The notes under the pieces are model-generated. The model was given only the letters and a program-made list of their open reading frames with translations. It was not told where the DNA came from and ran no database searches. Below are positions 28,324 to 36,776 of a stretch of 54,335 nucleotides of DNA, one piece after another. Source of the DNA: a virus. Taxonomy: Duplodnaviria > Caudoviricetes. Position numbers and translations under genes: made by a program. Positions within the stretch are counted from its first letter, which is position 1. Each line of letters opens with the position of its first letter. The stretch lies in IMG/VR virus record IMGVR_UViG_3300048895_000023, positions 1 to 54,335 of that record; one strand, written 5' to 3'.

Positions 28324-28405
28324 TCACTCACAGATCCAACTGAACAAAACCTAAACTACAACTAACACTTGTGGTTTAGGTTTACATTTTTGAAAAGGAG
28401 ATAAA

Positions 28406-28627
28406 ATGCATGAGCCACTCTTTATAGAGCCTTGGTGGTTAATGGTATTAGTAGCCATTGCCCTATGGGTTCTATGGATTGCTCTGGTGCTCAACTTCCG
28501 AGCAAAGATTGACAATTACTTCGCTATGCGGAGGCACAACCGGCGTATGCGCAATTACATGAAGCGCAGCGCACAACTGGATATTGCAAGAAAGTTGGTC
28601 ACCAGTGACACTCGCACTCGCCGCTAG
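28406..28627 (+). CDS. small membrane protein
   Basis: RBS AAAGGAG; TM segment and basic tail. Confidence 0.7.
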   Translation: MHEPLFIEPWWLMVLVAIALWVLWIALVLNFRAKIDNYFAMRRHNRRMRNYMKRSAQLDIARKLVTSDTRTRR

Positions 28628-29363
28628 GAACGCCCTTGGCGTTGTCAAGCAAAAGTCCCCGGTTATTCTAACGGGGCTTGCGATCGGAGGTGTTGTGACT
28701 ACTACCGTATTGGCAGTACAAGCAACGCCTCGAGCAATCATCGCCATCGATGAAGACCAGGAGGACGGCACTACTCTCACTAAGTGGGAGGTCGTCAAGA
28801 AGGTTTGGCCCTACTATATTCCAGTCGTCATTACGGGCGGTCTCACGATCGCTTGTATGATTGGTGCCCAGAGTGTAAATACTCGGCGCCAGGCAGCTCT
28901 CGTTGGTGCTTTCACCATTACCGAAGGTGCCTTCCAGGAATATAAGGAACAGGTGGTCGAGGTACTTGGCAAGACCAAGGAGTCCTCAGAAGTTCGAGAG
29001 AAGATCATCCAGAAGAAGATTGAAGAGAATCCTCCTAGTAAGGATATCATCATCGGATCTGGTAACGTGTTGTGTTTTGACACGTATACTGGTCGATATT
29101 TCGAAAGTTCCATGGAGAAGATCCGTGCTGCCCAGAACGACTTCAATGAGATGCTCATCAATGGTGAGATGTACATGTCAGCGAACGAATTCTACCACCT
29201 GATCGATCTCGATGACGTTGTCGTCGGTGAGCAGGTTGGGTTCTCTCCTGAGAACACTATGAAGATCGAATTCACCTCTCGTCTGACCCCGGACGGGAGG
29301 CCTTGTCTTGCCATAAGCTTCCGAGCTCTTCCCCGGCAAGACTACAGATCGATGTTCCAATAG
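28605..29363 (+). CDS. DUF6353-like membrane-associated protein
   Basis: SPVILTGLAIGGVVTTTVLAVQATP...RRQAALVGAF...NEFY; paralogous to 35808..36698; family name from memory; start uncertain. Confidence 0.65.
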   Translation: MTLALAARNALGVVKQKSPVILTGLAIGGVVTTTVLAVQATPRAIIAIDEDQEDGTTLTKWEVVKKVWPYYIPVVITGGLTIACMIGAQSVNTRRQAALVGAFTITEGAFQEYKEQVVEVLGKTKESSEVREKIIQKKIEENPPSKDIIIGSGNVLCFDTYTGRYFESSMEKIRAAQNDFNEMLINGEMYMSANEFYHLIDLDDVVVGEQVGFSPENTMKIEFTSRLTPDGRPCLAISFRALPRQDYRSMFQ

Positions 29364-29498
29364 CCCTTGCCTATGCCCCGTCTGTACGGAGATCGGCGAA
29401 GACGAAATCTGCCACTGTCCGGAATGTGAGGGAGCCGGATTGTGACTAAAACCCTAAAGACCCCACTTGAATTAATTCAACCAACAAAGGAGAAAAAG

Positions 29499-29636
29499 AT
29501 GGACAAGCTCAAGGCATACGCCGCAGCGGCAGGACAGAACAAGCAGCTGGTGGCGGTTACCGCTATCGCTTCTGCAGGACTGGCTCTGGTAATTGAGAAC
29601 GGCATTCGTATTGCCATTCTCAAGAAGAAGGCCTAG
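29499..29636 (+). CDS. small hydrophobic protein
   Basis: RBS AAAGGAG, 45 aa. Confidence 0.6.
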   Translation: MDKLKAYAAAAGQNKQLVAVTAIASAGLALVIENGIRIAILKKKA

Positions 29637-29699
29637 GTCGCATATTTGAGGGCGCTGTCTATACGATGGCGCCCTCAAAAGCTCTCTTGAAAGGAGACT

Positions 29700-29975
29700 T
29701 TGATGGCCGAATCATCAGTAAAACGTACCACTGCTGAACTACACGCCCTTATTGCCCTGGCGACCGAACTCGGTTTCCTGGATGATCTGGCTGTGTGGCA
29801 AGCAGAACTCGCCGAAAACGAGCGTGTTGAGGGCGAGAAGACTTACCACTTTGCGTGGCAAGGACGCAACAAATTCATTGACGCAACTAGCGAAGATGAA
29901 GCTCGAGTTATGTTCGCTGAGCGCTTCGGCTTCGAAGCCTCTTTCGTATCGGCAACCGTCAAGGTTCTCGATTAA
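29700..29975 (+). CDS. hypothetical protein
   Basis: RBS CTCTTGAAAGGAG preceded by a GC hairpin (TTTGAGGGCGC...GCGCCCTCAAA). Confidence 0.7.
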   Translation: MMAESSVKRTTAELHALIALATELGFLDDLAVWQAELAENERVEGEKTYHFAWQGRNKFIDATSEDEARVMFAERFGFEASFVSATVKVLD

Positions 29976-29989
29976 ATATAAGGAGTAAG

Positions 29990-31690
29990 ATGAAGAAAGT
30001 CACTTCGCTACTTGCCGTAGCGTTGCTGTCTGCTAGTGCCGTAATCGGCATTGGTACGTCAGCGTCGGCATCTGTCGTAGACTGTATCCCCTCTGAGGGA
30101 GTCGCAGCATACGACGAAACCATCACGGAGGCCTTTGACGAGATCATCGTCGATTCGGCAGCCATTGACCTCTGGTACTCTTGGACAGGTGGCCCGAGTG
30201 ATGCTCATGCCTTCCCAGGCTTGGACTGGCAGGTTGATCAGGGAAACCACAACGGATTTGACCAGACTCCTGGTCTCCTCCAGCGTGACAAGGGCAACAG
30301 CGGAGAGAGCGACTGGTTCTATCACCAGGTAGTTGCTGCTGTGACCCACCCGGTGCACCACGATGCAGTTATCGTACACCACGATGCAGTTCCTCCCGTT
30401 ACGTGCGGTGACGACGAGCCGGTAGTTCAGGTTGGTCTATATTGCTATGACAAGCTCGATGCCTCACTTCCGGCATCGTGGGAGAACTCTGGAGTGCAGA
30501 CTCTCGTAGCTGTCAAGGCTGGGACTGAGGACTGGACTCTCGCTGAGAAGCTAGCACTCTGCTTTATTCCAGAAGAGTCCTGCGACCCTGTGTCGTCAGG
30601 TTCTCAGACCGACTGGGTGAGTACGGACGAGGAATTTACGTTCCCTGACCATATTCTCTACCCGACTGACAACATTGGCTGGCCGCCGATCTACAATGCT
30701 GTTCACACGGACCTTTCTCCGGCTTTGTCGGAAGAGGGTTGTGAGCCTGTTGTAGAACCTGAGTACTGCGTTGCTGATGGCGACTGGTACACTGAAGGCG
30801 ACGACTCGGCTCCGGCTGAGACTGCTGATGGTCTGGTATTCACCGGTGGTTCTGGTAATGCTGTTGGCTACCGTCATGCGGTAACTGGCAACCTCCAGGG
30901 TCTCGACACGATCAACTACACGGCAAGCGGAGATCTTGATCTCTTCTATATCCGTATCGTTCTGGATTCAACGGAAGACGGTGGATGGGCATATGACTCG
31001 CTCACCGTTATTTCTGAGGGTCCGGTAAACGGATCGTCTATCGCGTCGTCGAACAAGCGTGGGTTTGTTACTCACACTCTTGACGAGTGGGCTGCACTTC
31101 TGCCCAACAGCGACATCACTTCCATCGGATTCCACCTGGACTCTGGCGCTAGTGCTGACAAGTCAGTAACTCTCGTATTGTTCGAGGGAAACTGCCTTGA
31201 GGGAGAATTCGGATATCCTGAGACCGTGGGCTTCCCTGCTCAGTTCTCGGCTGACCCGGATATTCCTACCTGTGACACTGATGGTGTAGCGCCGCTTCTT
31301 GGCGAGTACCCCAACGTGACAATCACATCTGACCGTCCTTTCGACGGTCCTGGAGAGTACACGATTACGGTTACGCCAAATGGAGATTTCATCCTGACGG
31401 ATATTCCTGAGTCGTGGACTGTTAACCCTGATGGTTCGGCAAGTCGTGTCATTGATATCCTGCCCGCAACTGGAGTTACTCAGAGTGAAGACCCTGAGGC
31501 CGCTTGCTACGCAGCACCTCCTATCAGTGACCCGCCCACGACTAACCCTCCTGTGGTGACTCCTACTGGTACGATCCCAGCTCTTGGAGCGCATGACCCG
31601 ATTGGTGGCATTATTGCATCGATCGTAGCCGGTCTTGCTGGTATCGGACTCCTGCTCTTCGGTCGTTTCCGTAAGGGTGCAGTAATCTAG
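29990..31690 (+). CDS. secreted, cell-surface anchored protein
   Basis: Sec signal peptide (MKKVTSLLAVALL...ASA), acidic Cys-containing body, Pro/Thr linker, IPALG, TM segment, RFRK tail. Confidence 0.8.
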   Translation: MKKVTSLLAVALLSASAVIGIGTSASASVVDCIPSEGVAAYDETITEAFDEIIVDSAAIDLWYSWTGGPSDAHAFPGLDWQVDQGNHNGFDQTPGLLQRDKGNSGESDWFYHQVVAAVTHPVHHDAVIVHHDAVPPVTCGDDEPVVQVGLYCYDKLDASLPASWENSGVQTLVAVKAGTEDWTLAEKLALCFIPEESCDPVSSGSQTDWVSTDEEFTFPDHILYPTDNIGWPPIYNAVHTDLSPALSEEGCEPVVEPEYCVADGDWYTEGDDSAPAETADGLVFTGGSGNAVGYRHAVTGNLQGLDTINYTASGDLDLFYIRIVLDSTEDGGWAYDSLTVISEGPVNGSSIASSNKRGFVTHTLDEWAALLPNSDITSIGFHLDSGASADKSVTLVLFEGNCLEGEFGYPETVGFPAQFSADPDIPTCDTDGVAPLLGEYPNVTITSDRPFDGPGEYTITVTPNGDFILTDIPESWTVNPDGSASRVIDILPATGVTQSEDPEAACYAAPPISDPPTTNPPVVTPTGTIPALGAHDPIGGIIASIVAGLAGIGLLLFGRFRKGAVI

Positions 31691-31697
31691 TTATATC

Positions 31698-31797
31698 TGA
31701 AGGTCGAATTGCCACCGTAGACATACTTCCCCCAAGTGGTGTCTGGTAACGAGTCGATAGGTGTTTAGTGGCAAGAATGCCCTACGACTGACCTTCC
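31698..31797 (+). ncRNA. candidate pseudoknotted RNA motif, copy 1
   Basis: intergenic; GAAGGT/ACCTTC, ACC(GT)AGAC/GTCTGGT, AGTCG/CGACT stems and TTGCCA/TGGCAA pseudoknot; second copy at 33286. Confidence 0.65.
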
Positions 31798-31820
31798 TAT
31801 AATCTCTTGAAAGGAGAATC

Positions 31821-32084
31821 GTGGCTATCAAAGCACACTTTACCATCTTCTCTGGTCCTCCTCGATCAGGTAAGACCAGATATGCCAACGAGTTGAAGTC
31901 TGATCCCAATCAGAAAGTCTTCATTCAATTCGAAGGCCATAACGAGGAACATGTCATACGACAGATATTTGCAGTTCTGGCTGATGGTTGTGATGTTATT
32001 TATGAAACCACGCATCCAGTTACTCGGATCTCACAACAGCTTTTGGATCGAGTAGACACCATTGAGGTGTTTAGAGTTAACTAA
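31821..32084 (+). CDS. small P-loop-containing protein
   Basis: IFSGPPRSGKT Walker A; only 87 aa. Confidence 0.65.
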   Translation: MAIKAHFTIFSGPPRSGKTRYANELKSDPNQKVFIQFEGHNEEHVIRQIFAVLADGCDVIYETTHPVTRISQQLLDRVDTIEVFRVN

Positions 32085-32107
32085 TTCTCTTTGAAAGGAG
32101 AAAACTG

Positions 32108-32230
32108 ATGGGCTACAACACGAAATCAAAGTACGGATTCTGGGCATTTGTCTTGGATCTTTTCCTCATCGTTATCACGGGAGGCATCTGGCTTATCTGG
32201 ATGATCTTCCGTGCACTTAGGAGTAACTAA
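32108..32230 (+). CDS. 40-aa membrane peptide
   Basis: RBS GAAAGGAG; MGYNTKSKYGFWAFVLDLFLIVITGGIWLIWMIFRALRSN. Confidence 0.7.
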   Translation: MGYNTKSKYGFWAFVLDLFLIVITGGIWLIWMIFRALRSN

Positions 32231-32541
32231 TGGCTGAGTTGCCAGAAGACACCACAGAATATGATCTGAATCCAGATCGCTTCCTCATCCACGCCAAGCA
32301 GTTCGTCGTCGGCGCCAATGCTGTAGAGACCGCCGAGACCGGAGAGGAAGAGTTGACAGTTGAGCAGCTCTATATTGTCTGGTTCGCCAAGGTTCTTGGT
32401 AACTGGAAGGCCCTCATCTCGACGACTGTCCCTGGTGATGGTCTATATTTCGAGGTGACACACAGCGGTGAGAAGAACGAAACCTACGTGGATATTTACA
32501 GGAAGTCCGCGAATCACTTGTTCTCCCACAACAACCACTAA
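32230..32541 (+). CDS. DUF6275-like protein
   Basis: YIVWFAKVLGNWKALIST...YFEVT...ETYVDIYRK; family name from memory. Confidence 0.65.
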   Translation: MAELPEDTTEYDLNPDRFLIHAKQFVVGANAVETAETGEEELTVEQLYIVWFAKVLGNWKALISTTVPGDGLYFEVTHSGEKNETYVDIYRKSANHLFSHNNH

Positions 32542-32555
32542 CAAGAAAGAAAGAT

Positions 32556-33143
32556 ATGCTACGCAAAGAGATTACGTACACCAACTTCAATGGTAAGGAG
32601 GTGACGAAGCCATTCTTCTTCAACATCACGAAGGCTGAGATCGGTCTCCGTGAGATGGAGTCAGACGGCACCTGGTCTGAGACTCTTAAGACGATCCAGG
32701 AGTCAAACAAGGGCTCCGTCGTTCTCCCAGAGTTCCGTAAGATCATTCAGTGGGTCTATGGAGAGAAGAGCGAAGATGGTGAATCATTCCTCAAGAGTGA
32801 TGAAATTTGGGCCAAGTTCAACAACTCAGAGCCCTGGTCCAAGCTTATCATGGAGCTCCTACAGAACCCAGGCTACGCAGCGCAGTTCATTAAGGAGTGC
32901 ATGCCAGCAGATATGCAGGGTGCTCTTTCGGAGAAGTTGGCTGAACCCGGATTCCGTCCAGGAGCAGACACCTCTCGACCCACACCACCAGCTAATCCGC
33001 CAGCGGCCGCACCTCAACCTGAAGTTGTCCAACAGCCGGCGTATCTCGCTCCGGCACCTGTTGAAGTAGCTCCACAGCAACCAGCTACCGAAGCACCAGT
33101 AGTACAGCAGTCGACTCCTCGCGAGCCTGATCTGTCGCAGTAA
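32556..33143 (+). CDS. conserved phage hypothetical protein
   Basis: MLRKEITYTNFNG...YGEKSEDG.SF.KS; Pro/Gln-rich tail. Confidence 0.7.
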   Translation: MLRKEITYTNFNGKEVTKPFFFNITKAEIGLREMESDGTWSETLKTIQESNKGSVVLPEFRKIIQWVYGEKSEDGESFLKSDEIWAKFNNSEPWSKLIMELLQNPGYAAQFIKECMPADMQGALSEKLAEPGFRPGADTSRPTPPANPPAAAPQPEVVQQPAYLAPAPVEVAPQQPATEAPVVQQSTPREPDLSQ

Positions 33144-33280
33144 ATTCCCGAAAGGGAGCCCGGTCAGGGGTCGAACTCTGGCCGGGCACATAGATTTATG
33201 GGGAATATTCCGTCACTACCACCTCCTTTCAAGATAAAGTGGCTGGAATGTTTTAAATAACAGCAAATCAGTGCCCCGAT
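33144..33280 (+). ncRNA. candidate structured RNA with anti-RBS loop
   Basis: TCCC-GAAA-GGGA and GC hairpins, then AATATTCC.GTCACT-[ACCACCTCCTTTCAAGATAA]-AGTGGC.GGAATGTT. Confidence 0.55.
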
Positions 33281-33285
33281 TTTTA

Positions 33286-33465
33286 TGAAGGTCGAATGAC
33301 TACCGTAGACGCCACTTTTTCATAGGGGTTGCGTTTGGTAATGAGTTATATGCTTACTGTGTGTTCGTTGAAGTCCGGTGACTCGGGCTGTACCCAGGTC
33401 TATAAAAACGTGGAGCGATCTTAAGAAGCACTGATAGTCATATTTATGAGCTATAACTAACCTTC
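33286..33465 (+). ncRNA. candidate pseudoknotted RNA motif, copy 2
   Basis: same conserved blocks as 31698-31797 with compensatory changes and a longer insert. Confidence 0.65.
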
Positions 33466-33751
33466 CCGTACCAGGGGATTTCCCAGTGCCTTCGATGACT
33501 TGACGAAAGTCAGTTAGCCGGAGGGGAATCTGAAATGACCGCCAATACCTAAAGGCGCCCTGGTACATCATATTTTTAGGGCATCGGATAAGCCTAATCC
33601 TGAGCGGAATACGCAGGGAAGAAATAAACCGACGACGAGCCGGAGTTAGACCTTGGTAGCAGTCCCCGGATAAAACGGGCTGTGAAACGTAGAGTATCGG
33701 AATCCTGGGCACGATCTAAAACTACCCAACCTTATTCTTTACAAGGAGAGA

Positions 33752-33976
33752 ATGATGATGTTCAAGCGTTATATTAAGGTTAGCCTTGAAAAGAAGGCTG
33801 ATGAGTATGGCATTATAATGCCGCATGATCGACCCAACCCGTATTATGAGAAGATCGTCGAACGGCAGACAAAGCGCTTGTTCGTTGGAAGTCTTATTCT
33901 CATTGGAACAACAGTAGTCCTGGTCACGGTCGGACAGATTACTGTGAACGCTCTAAACCCGGCCTCGCGAAAATAA
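33752..33976 (+). CDS. small membrane protein
   Basis: RBS AAGGAG; C-terminal TM segment. Confidence 0.65.
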   Translation: MMMFKRYIKVSLEKKADEYGIIMPHDRPNPYYEKIVERQTKRLFVGSLILIGTTVVLVTVGQITVNALNPASRK

Positions 33977-33992
33977 CAACCCCTATAATGAA
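33965..33992 (+). promoter_or_regulatory. promoter motif copy 13
   Basis: TCGCG-AAAATAA-CA-ACCCC-TATAATGAA. Confidence 0.85.
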
Positions 33993-34034
33993 GCCCCGTC
34001 TGGGACTTTATATTTCTCTTGAAAGGAGAATGTC

Positions 34035-34403
34035 ATGGCATCAATTAATAAGCTTGCGCTCGTAAAGGGCGCTGCTGAGCTTGTCACCGCAGCTGGTGTC
34101 AGCGCAATCGTTGGAAACCTCGTTCGCGCAACCACGCCGGATGACATCAACAAGTTCCAGAAGGTCGTTATCGGCATCGGTGGATATTCTCTCGCCGCCG
34201 TCCTTGGCGGTCTCTCGGGAAAGTACATCGCTGACCAGATCGACGACTACGCAACCACGATCCAGGGCATCCTGAAGTCGGGTACGATCGTCGAAATCGA
34301 GGTTGCACCGGAGGACAAGGACGTGGATCCTGAGGTAGAAGCTGCTCCAGTCGAGCCGGCACCTGCCAAAAAGACCACCAAGCCGACCACCGACCAGGAC
34401 TAA
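34035..34403 (+). CDS. hypothetical membrane-associated protein
   Basis: RBS CTCTTGAAAGGAG; two hydrophobic segments. Confidence 0.75.
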   Translation: MASINKLALVKGAAELVTAAGVSAIVGNLVRATTPDDINKFQKVVIGIGGYSLAAVLGGLSGKYIADQIDDYATTIQGILKSGTIVEIEVAPEDKDVDPEVEAAPVEPAPAKKTTKPTTDQD

Positions 34404-34410
34404 TCCTGAG

Positions 34411-34450
34411 AAGTTAGATGGGAATTACAACCCATTTAGCTTTTCTTTTT
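34411..34450 (+). terminator. terminator-like hairpin
   Basis: AAGTTAGATGGG-aattacaa-CCCATTTAGCTT then T-run. Confidence 0.65.
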
Positions 34451-34463
34451 AAAAGGACATATT

Positions 34464-35132
34464 ATGGCTGAAAACGAAGAACCAACCCCCCAGGTAGACC
34501 CTGCACGCGCTTTGCGAGCAACATATCCTGCAAACAACAAAGCAAGTAAGAAGCCGGTCGACCAACCGGTGAAGAAGCTCGAGAAAGTCATCGAGGGGAC
34601 AGCTATAAGGCAGAAGCCGCCCATCGGAAAGCGCATTCGTCAGGCATTTACTGGTGATGACGCTCGAAGTGTTGGCGATTACTTGCTCTTTGACGTGTTC
34701 CTGCCGGCTCTTAAGACGACTATATCTGACATGGCAAGTCAGGGTGTCGAACGTCTCCTCTTTGGAGAGAAGTCTCGTACTCCTGGTGCCGGTAACCGTC
34801 GTCCCGGAACTGTGAATTACAATATGATCAGTGGCCGAAACGTTGCGACTCGGGATGAGCCACGAGCTCTCTCCCAGAGGGACCGTGCAACGCATAACTT
34901 CGATCCGATCGTCCTTCCCACACGGCAGGATGCAGAGACAGTTCTGGCTAGCATGATCGACACGATCGAACAGTACGACATGGCTACTGTGTCTGACCTG
35001 TACGAGCTCGTGGGAGTCACTGGTAATTTCACAGATGACAAGTGGGGATGGACTAACCTTGCTGGAGCCGATATTACTCGGGTTCGCGATGGTTACGTGC
35101 TTGACCTGCCTCCGACGAAGCCTATCCGCTAA
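34464..35132 (+). CDS. conserved phage hypothetical protein
   Basis: 222-aa ORF; ATVSDLYELVG...DDKWGWTNL. Confidence 0.75.
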   Translation: MAENEEPTPQVDPARALRATYPANNKASKKPVDQPVKKLEKVIEGTAIRQKPPIGKRIRQAFTGDDARSVGDYLLFDVFLPALKTTISDMASQGVERLLFGEKSRTPGAGNRRPGTVNYNMISGRNVATRDEPRALSQRDRATHNFDPIVLPTRQDAETVLASMIDTIEQYDMATVSDLYELVGVTGNFTDDKWGWTNLAGADITRVRDGYVLDLPPTKPIR

Positions 35133-35305
35133 TGGCTAACGCCAGGCAGAAGGCCATCATTGCTCAAGTCGTCGCTAAGTCAGGACTTTCACCGAGCACG
35201 GTAAAGGAACTATTCACGAAGGGGTGGTCGTACGAAACGGCCCAACACCTTCCAGATCGATGGACCAAGGAGGTACGTCGTGCCACTACCAATCCCAGCG
35301 AGTGA
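35132..35305 (+). CDS. 57-aa hypothetical protein, possible HTH
   Basis: TAATG overlap; IAQVVAKSGLSPSTVKELF; not in the ORF track. Confidence 0.55.
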   Translation: MANARQKAIIAQVVAKSGLSPSTVKELFTKGWSYETAQHLPDRWTKEVRRATTNPSE

Positions 35306-35537
35306 ACTAGCAGTCAGGGATTATTCTGAAGCCTACGGGACTATTCGGAATATTTCAGAAGTTAAGGATCCGAAGACAGATGAAATCATCAGCATCGACA
35401 TTGAATGGTGGAATGGGGAGAAGCACACAGGCATTTCCCCAGAAGCCATGTACGACATTATCCAAGGTGGCCTTACCGACAGAGAACCAAACCAGTCGGT
35501 TCGTGAAGGACTTGCCGAGGACCACCCAGATAAGTGA
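35280..35537 (+). CDS. hypothetical protein
   Basis: GTG after AAGGAGG. Confidence 0.7.
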   Translation: MPLPIPASELAVRDYSEAYGTIRNISEVKDPKTDEIISIDIEWWNGEKHTGISPEAMYDIIQGGLTDREPNQSVREGLAEDHPDK

Positions 35538-35565
35538 TGAACCGGATTTCCGATTCTCATCATTC

Positions 35566-35811
35566 ATGATGGATGTCGAGTCTTCTTTCAACTACGACAA
35601 GGAGCAGATGCTTGAGGCCATGGTGGCTGCGAGCGGTATGACTCCTGAAGAATTCGGTGTTGACTGGCTCATCGAAGAATATCCAGTCGAGATCCTGAAG
35701 TCTGACAACTTCAATGACGACGACTATATCTTCACAGTTCGACAGGAATTTAGGGCGCGCCTAAAAACTCCTGAGGAAAAACAATTAGCAATAGAAAGTG
35801 AGAAAAAATGA
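35566..35811 (+). CDS. hypothetical protein (start uncertain)
   Basis: 3' part of ORF 35380..35811 fills the gap and overlaps next start. Confidence 0.55.
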   Translation: MMDVESSFNYDKEQMLEAMVAASGMTPEEFGVDWLIEEYPVEILKSDNFNDDDYIFTVRQEFRARLKTPEEKQLAIESEKK

Positions 35812-36698
35812 TGATTCCAACGAATCTCAAAGGGGTTGTCGGGAGAGGAGGACTTATTCTCAAGAAGTTCGCTCCTGAGATCCTGACTGGCGTTGGACTT
35901 GTAAGCATGACGGGTGGCGCATTTCTGGCTGTCCGTGCAACGCTTAGGTTCGAAGACGTTCTACATGAGGCGGAAGAACGCCTCGAGGAAGCTCGTAACG
36001 TCAACGACGAACTGCCAGACGAAGTAGAGCCGTGGAGTGAGAAGGATATTCAGAAGCGCCTGTACAAGGCCTACCTGCGTAACGTTCTCGCATTCCTCAA
36101 GCTCTACGGACCGGCAACGTCGCTATTCGTAGCGGGTGCTGGATCGGTTCTCGCTGCTCATGGCATTATGCGTAAGCGTAACGTCGCTCTTGTTGCTGCA
36201 TACAATGCAGTCGAGAAGAGCTGGGCAGCATATCGCGCACGTCTCATTGAGGACCTTGGCGAAGCTAAGGACCTTGACTATATTCGTGGCATAACGGAGA
36301 CCAGCGAAAAGGGAGAAGACGGAAAGAAGACGTCTGCTATTGAGGTCGATCCGACCAAGATGAGCCAGTACGTCCGAGTCTTCGACGAGACCAACCCACA
36401 GTGGCAGAAGGAGCCTGGTTACAACCAGTTCTTCCTCGCTGCTGAGCAGAACTGGATCAATGACAAGTTGCTCCACTCGGGTCACGTATTCCTCAATGAG
36501 GTCTACGACCGTCTCGGCTTTGAGCGAACCACTGAAGGCGCTGTCGTCGGGTGGATCATCAAGAAGGATGGTGACAACTTCATTGACTTCGGAGTCTATG
36601 ATGCCTCAACTCAGTCCAAGCGACGTTTCGTCAATGGATTCGAGAACAGCATCTGGCTTGACTTCAATGTCGATGGTGTCATCTACGATCTGATCTAG
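35808..36698 (+). CDS. DUF6353-like protein, paralogue 2
   Basis: KKFAPEILTGVG...AVRAT...KRNVALVAAY...GHVFLNEVYDRLG...LDFNVDG. Confidence 0.7.
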   Translation: MMIPTNLKGVVGRGGLILKKFAPEILTGVGLVSMTGGAFLAVRATLRFEDVLHEAEERLEEARNVNDELPDEVEPWSEKDIQKRLYKAYLRNVLAFLKLYGPATSLFVAGAGSVLAAHGIMRKRNVALVAAYNAVEKSWAAYRARLIEDLGEAKDLDYIRGITETSEKGEDGKKTSAIEVDPTKMSQYVRVFDETNPQWQKEPGYNQFFLAAEQNWINDKLLHSGHVFLNEVYDRLGFERTTEGAVVGWIIKKDGDNFIDFGVYDASTQSKRRFVNGFENSIWLDFNVDGVIYDLI

Positions 36699-36776
36699 CC
36701 CATTGGGGGCTGATGGAATCATATCTGTCAGCCCCCACCCGCTTCACAAGTACATATTTCAAATAGGAGATACCTA

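Larger units (their letters stand above)
27224..28383 (+). repeat. type B hairpin repeats AACTACAA-CTAA(C/T)AC-TTGTGGTT
   Basis: copies at ~27224, ~27708, ~28347; same loop as type A on a different stem. Confidence 0.85.

Noticed and set aside
24420-28383. CRISPR array or true integron
   Set aside because: Inter-repeat segments are ~90-330 nt ORFs with promoters rather than uniform spacers; no cas operon, tyrosine integrase or attC consensus seen
29330-29445. Cys-rich frame CLCPVCTE...CHCPECEG overlapping the end of 28605..29363
   Set aside because: No start codon after the upstream in-frame stop; could be a remnant or frameshift product but unsupported
31698-31797. Assignment of the repeated RNA motif to a known ribozyme or the raiA motif
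   Set aside because: No hammerhead CUGANGA/GAAA core; only a superficial 5' resemblance to raiA from memory, and the stem organisation differs
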